From positions 4,588,001 to 4,652,000 of the forward strand of contig NC_043001.1 of assembly GCF_006345805.1 (NCBI RefSeq): a DNA stretch of 64,000 nucleotides, in the 5' to 3' direction. How positions within the stretch are numbered: position 1 is the stretch's first letter; every line of letters starts with the position of its first letter. The DNA is from Octopus sinensis (Eukaryota). Positions 63,435 through 64,000 of the stretch are shown here, in pieces. The notes beneath the pieces were generated by a model. The model was given only the letters and a program-made list of their open reading frames with translations. It did not search any database and had not been told where the DNA came from. The translations under genes and the position numbers were made by a program.

Positions 63435-63720
63435 TTTCAAAGTTGCTTCCATTTCTTGCCGAGTGTCTTCCCGACTCCTAGGGCAAAGAAACTCATAGTA
63501 TACATTGGTAGGCCATTAAACTAAACTCAATAGTTCGTTCATTTTTTTTTCAAGTTAAATTAAAATACATGGGTAGTTATAGTTCTCACATCGACAATGC
63601 TCTTCTCAATACGTGTGATGTACCAGTTAAGACACTCTTTTGCACTTCTTGCAGGGATGGTAAGCCAGGGATCATTCTCATATAATTTCGGTTCCCTTCT
63701 TGATCATTCCTTATCATTCC
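63435..63720 (-). mobile_element. 3' end and UTR of a further R4/Dong-clade element
   Basis: Minus strand MIPGLPSLQEVQKSVLTGTSHVLRRALSM* parallels IPGNPKMAEF..VLMGTAHILCKLLSM* of the 57-60 kb copy, and is followed by an AAT tail. Confidence 0.75.
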
Positions 63721-63771
<51 letters not shown>

Positions 63772-63794
63772 TATTGTTGTTGTTGTTGTTGTTG

Positions 63795-63839
<45 letters not shown>

Positions 63840-63866
63840 GTAGTAGTAGTAGTAGTAGTAGTAGTA
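63721..63866. repeat. Compound trinucleotide microsatellite (TAT/TGT/TAT/TAG)
   Basis: Direct reading. Confidence 0.98.
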
Positions 63867-64000
63867 TTGAGTGAGAGTGCAGTACATGCCATCGATATGA
63901 CCCTGGGGTAAAATATATGAAGCCTAGTATATCCGTCATGACTACCTATCTGATAAGGGCACACCAGGCACATGCATCAGGGCAGTATGTACGCGAAAGG
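63866..64000 (-). mobile_element. 3' end of a SINE/LINE-tailed repeat ending in a trinucleotide tail
   Basis: Minus strand ...gcatgtgcctggtgtgcccttatcag...ggcatgtactgcactctcactcaat runs into the microsatellite; cut by the window end. Confidence 0.5.

Overview
AT-rich, repeat-dominated eukaryotic DNA with no confidently supported host protein-coding gene. The SINE, microsatellite and transposon repertoire looks like an octopod (Octopus-like) genome; this is pattern recognition, not a search result. Most ORFs in the supplied track are microsatellite read-throughs. Recognisable elements: many tRNA-derived SINEs (several with clear target-site duplications); a structurally complete IR/DR-type Tc1 element (31169-32815) with a disrupted DD34E transposase; a mariner DD34D pseudogene (~18956-19980); further Tc1 remnants and MITEs; and a cluster of four R4/Dong-clade (RLE) non-LTR retrotransposon copies in trinucleotide microsatellites (56.9-63.7 kb). 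The most interesting signal is non-coding: short elements, nearly all embedded in (TA)n or related microsatellites, carrying type I hammerhead ribozyme (HHR) motifs, about 18 by eye. The best case is a 603-bp tandem array (45395-48304). Each of its five units has a complete hammerhead (CUGANGA core, GAAA, GUC site, palindromic stem III, unusually long ~83-nt stem II), and the array is preceded by a 231-bp inverted copy of part of the unit. This matches what is known of Penelope-like element (PLE) pseudo-LTR arrays and non-LTR retrozymes. No autonomous PLE ORF is visible here. All structures were paired by hand and nothing was folded or searched computationally.
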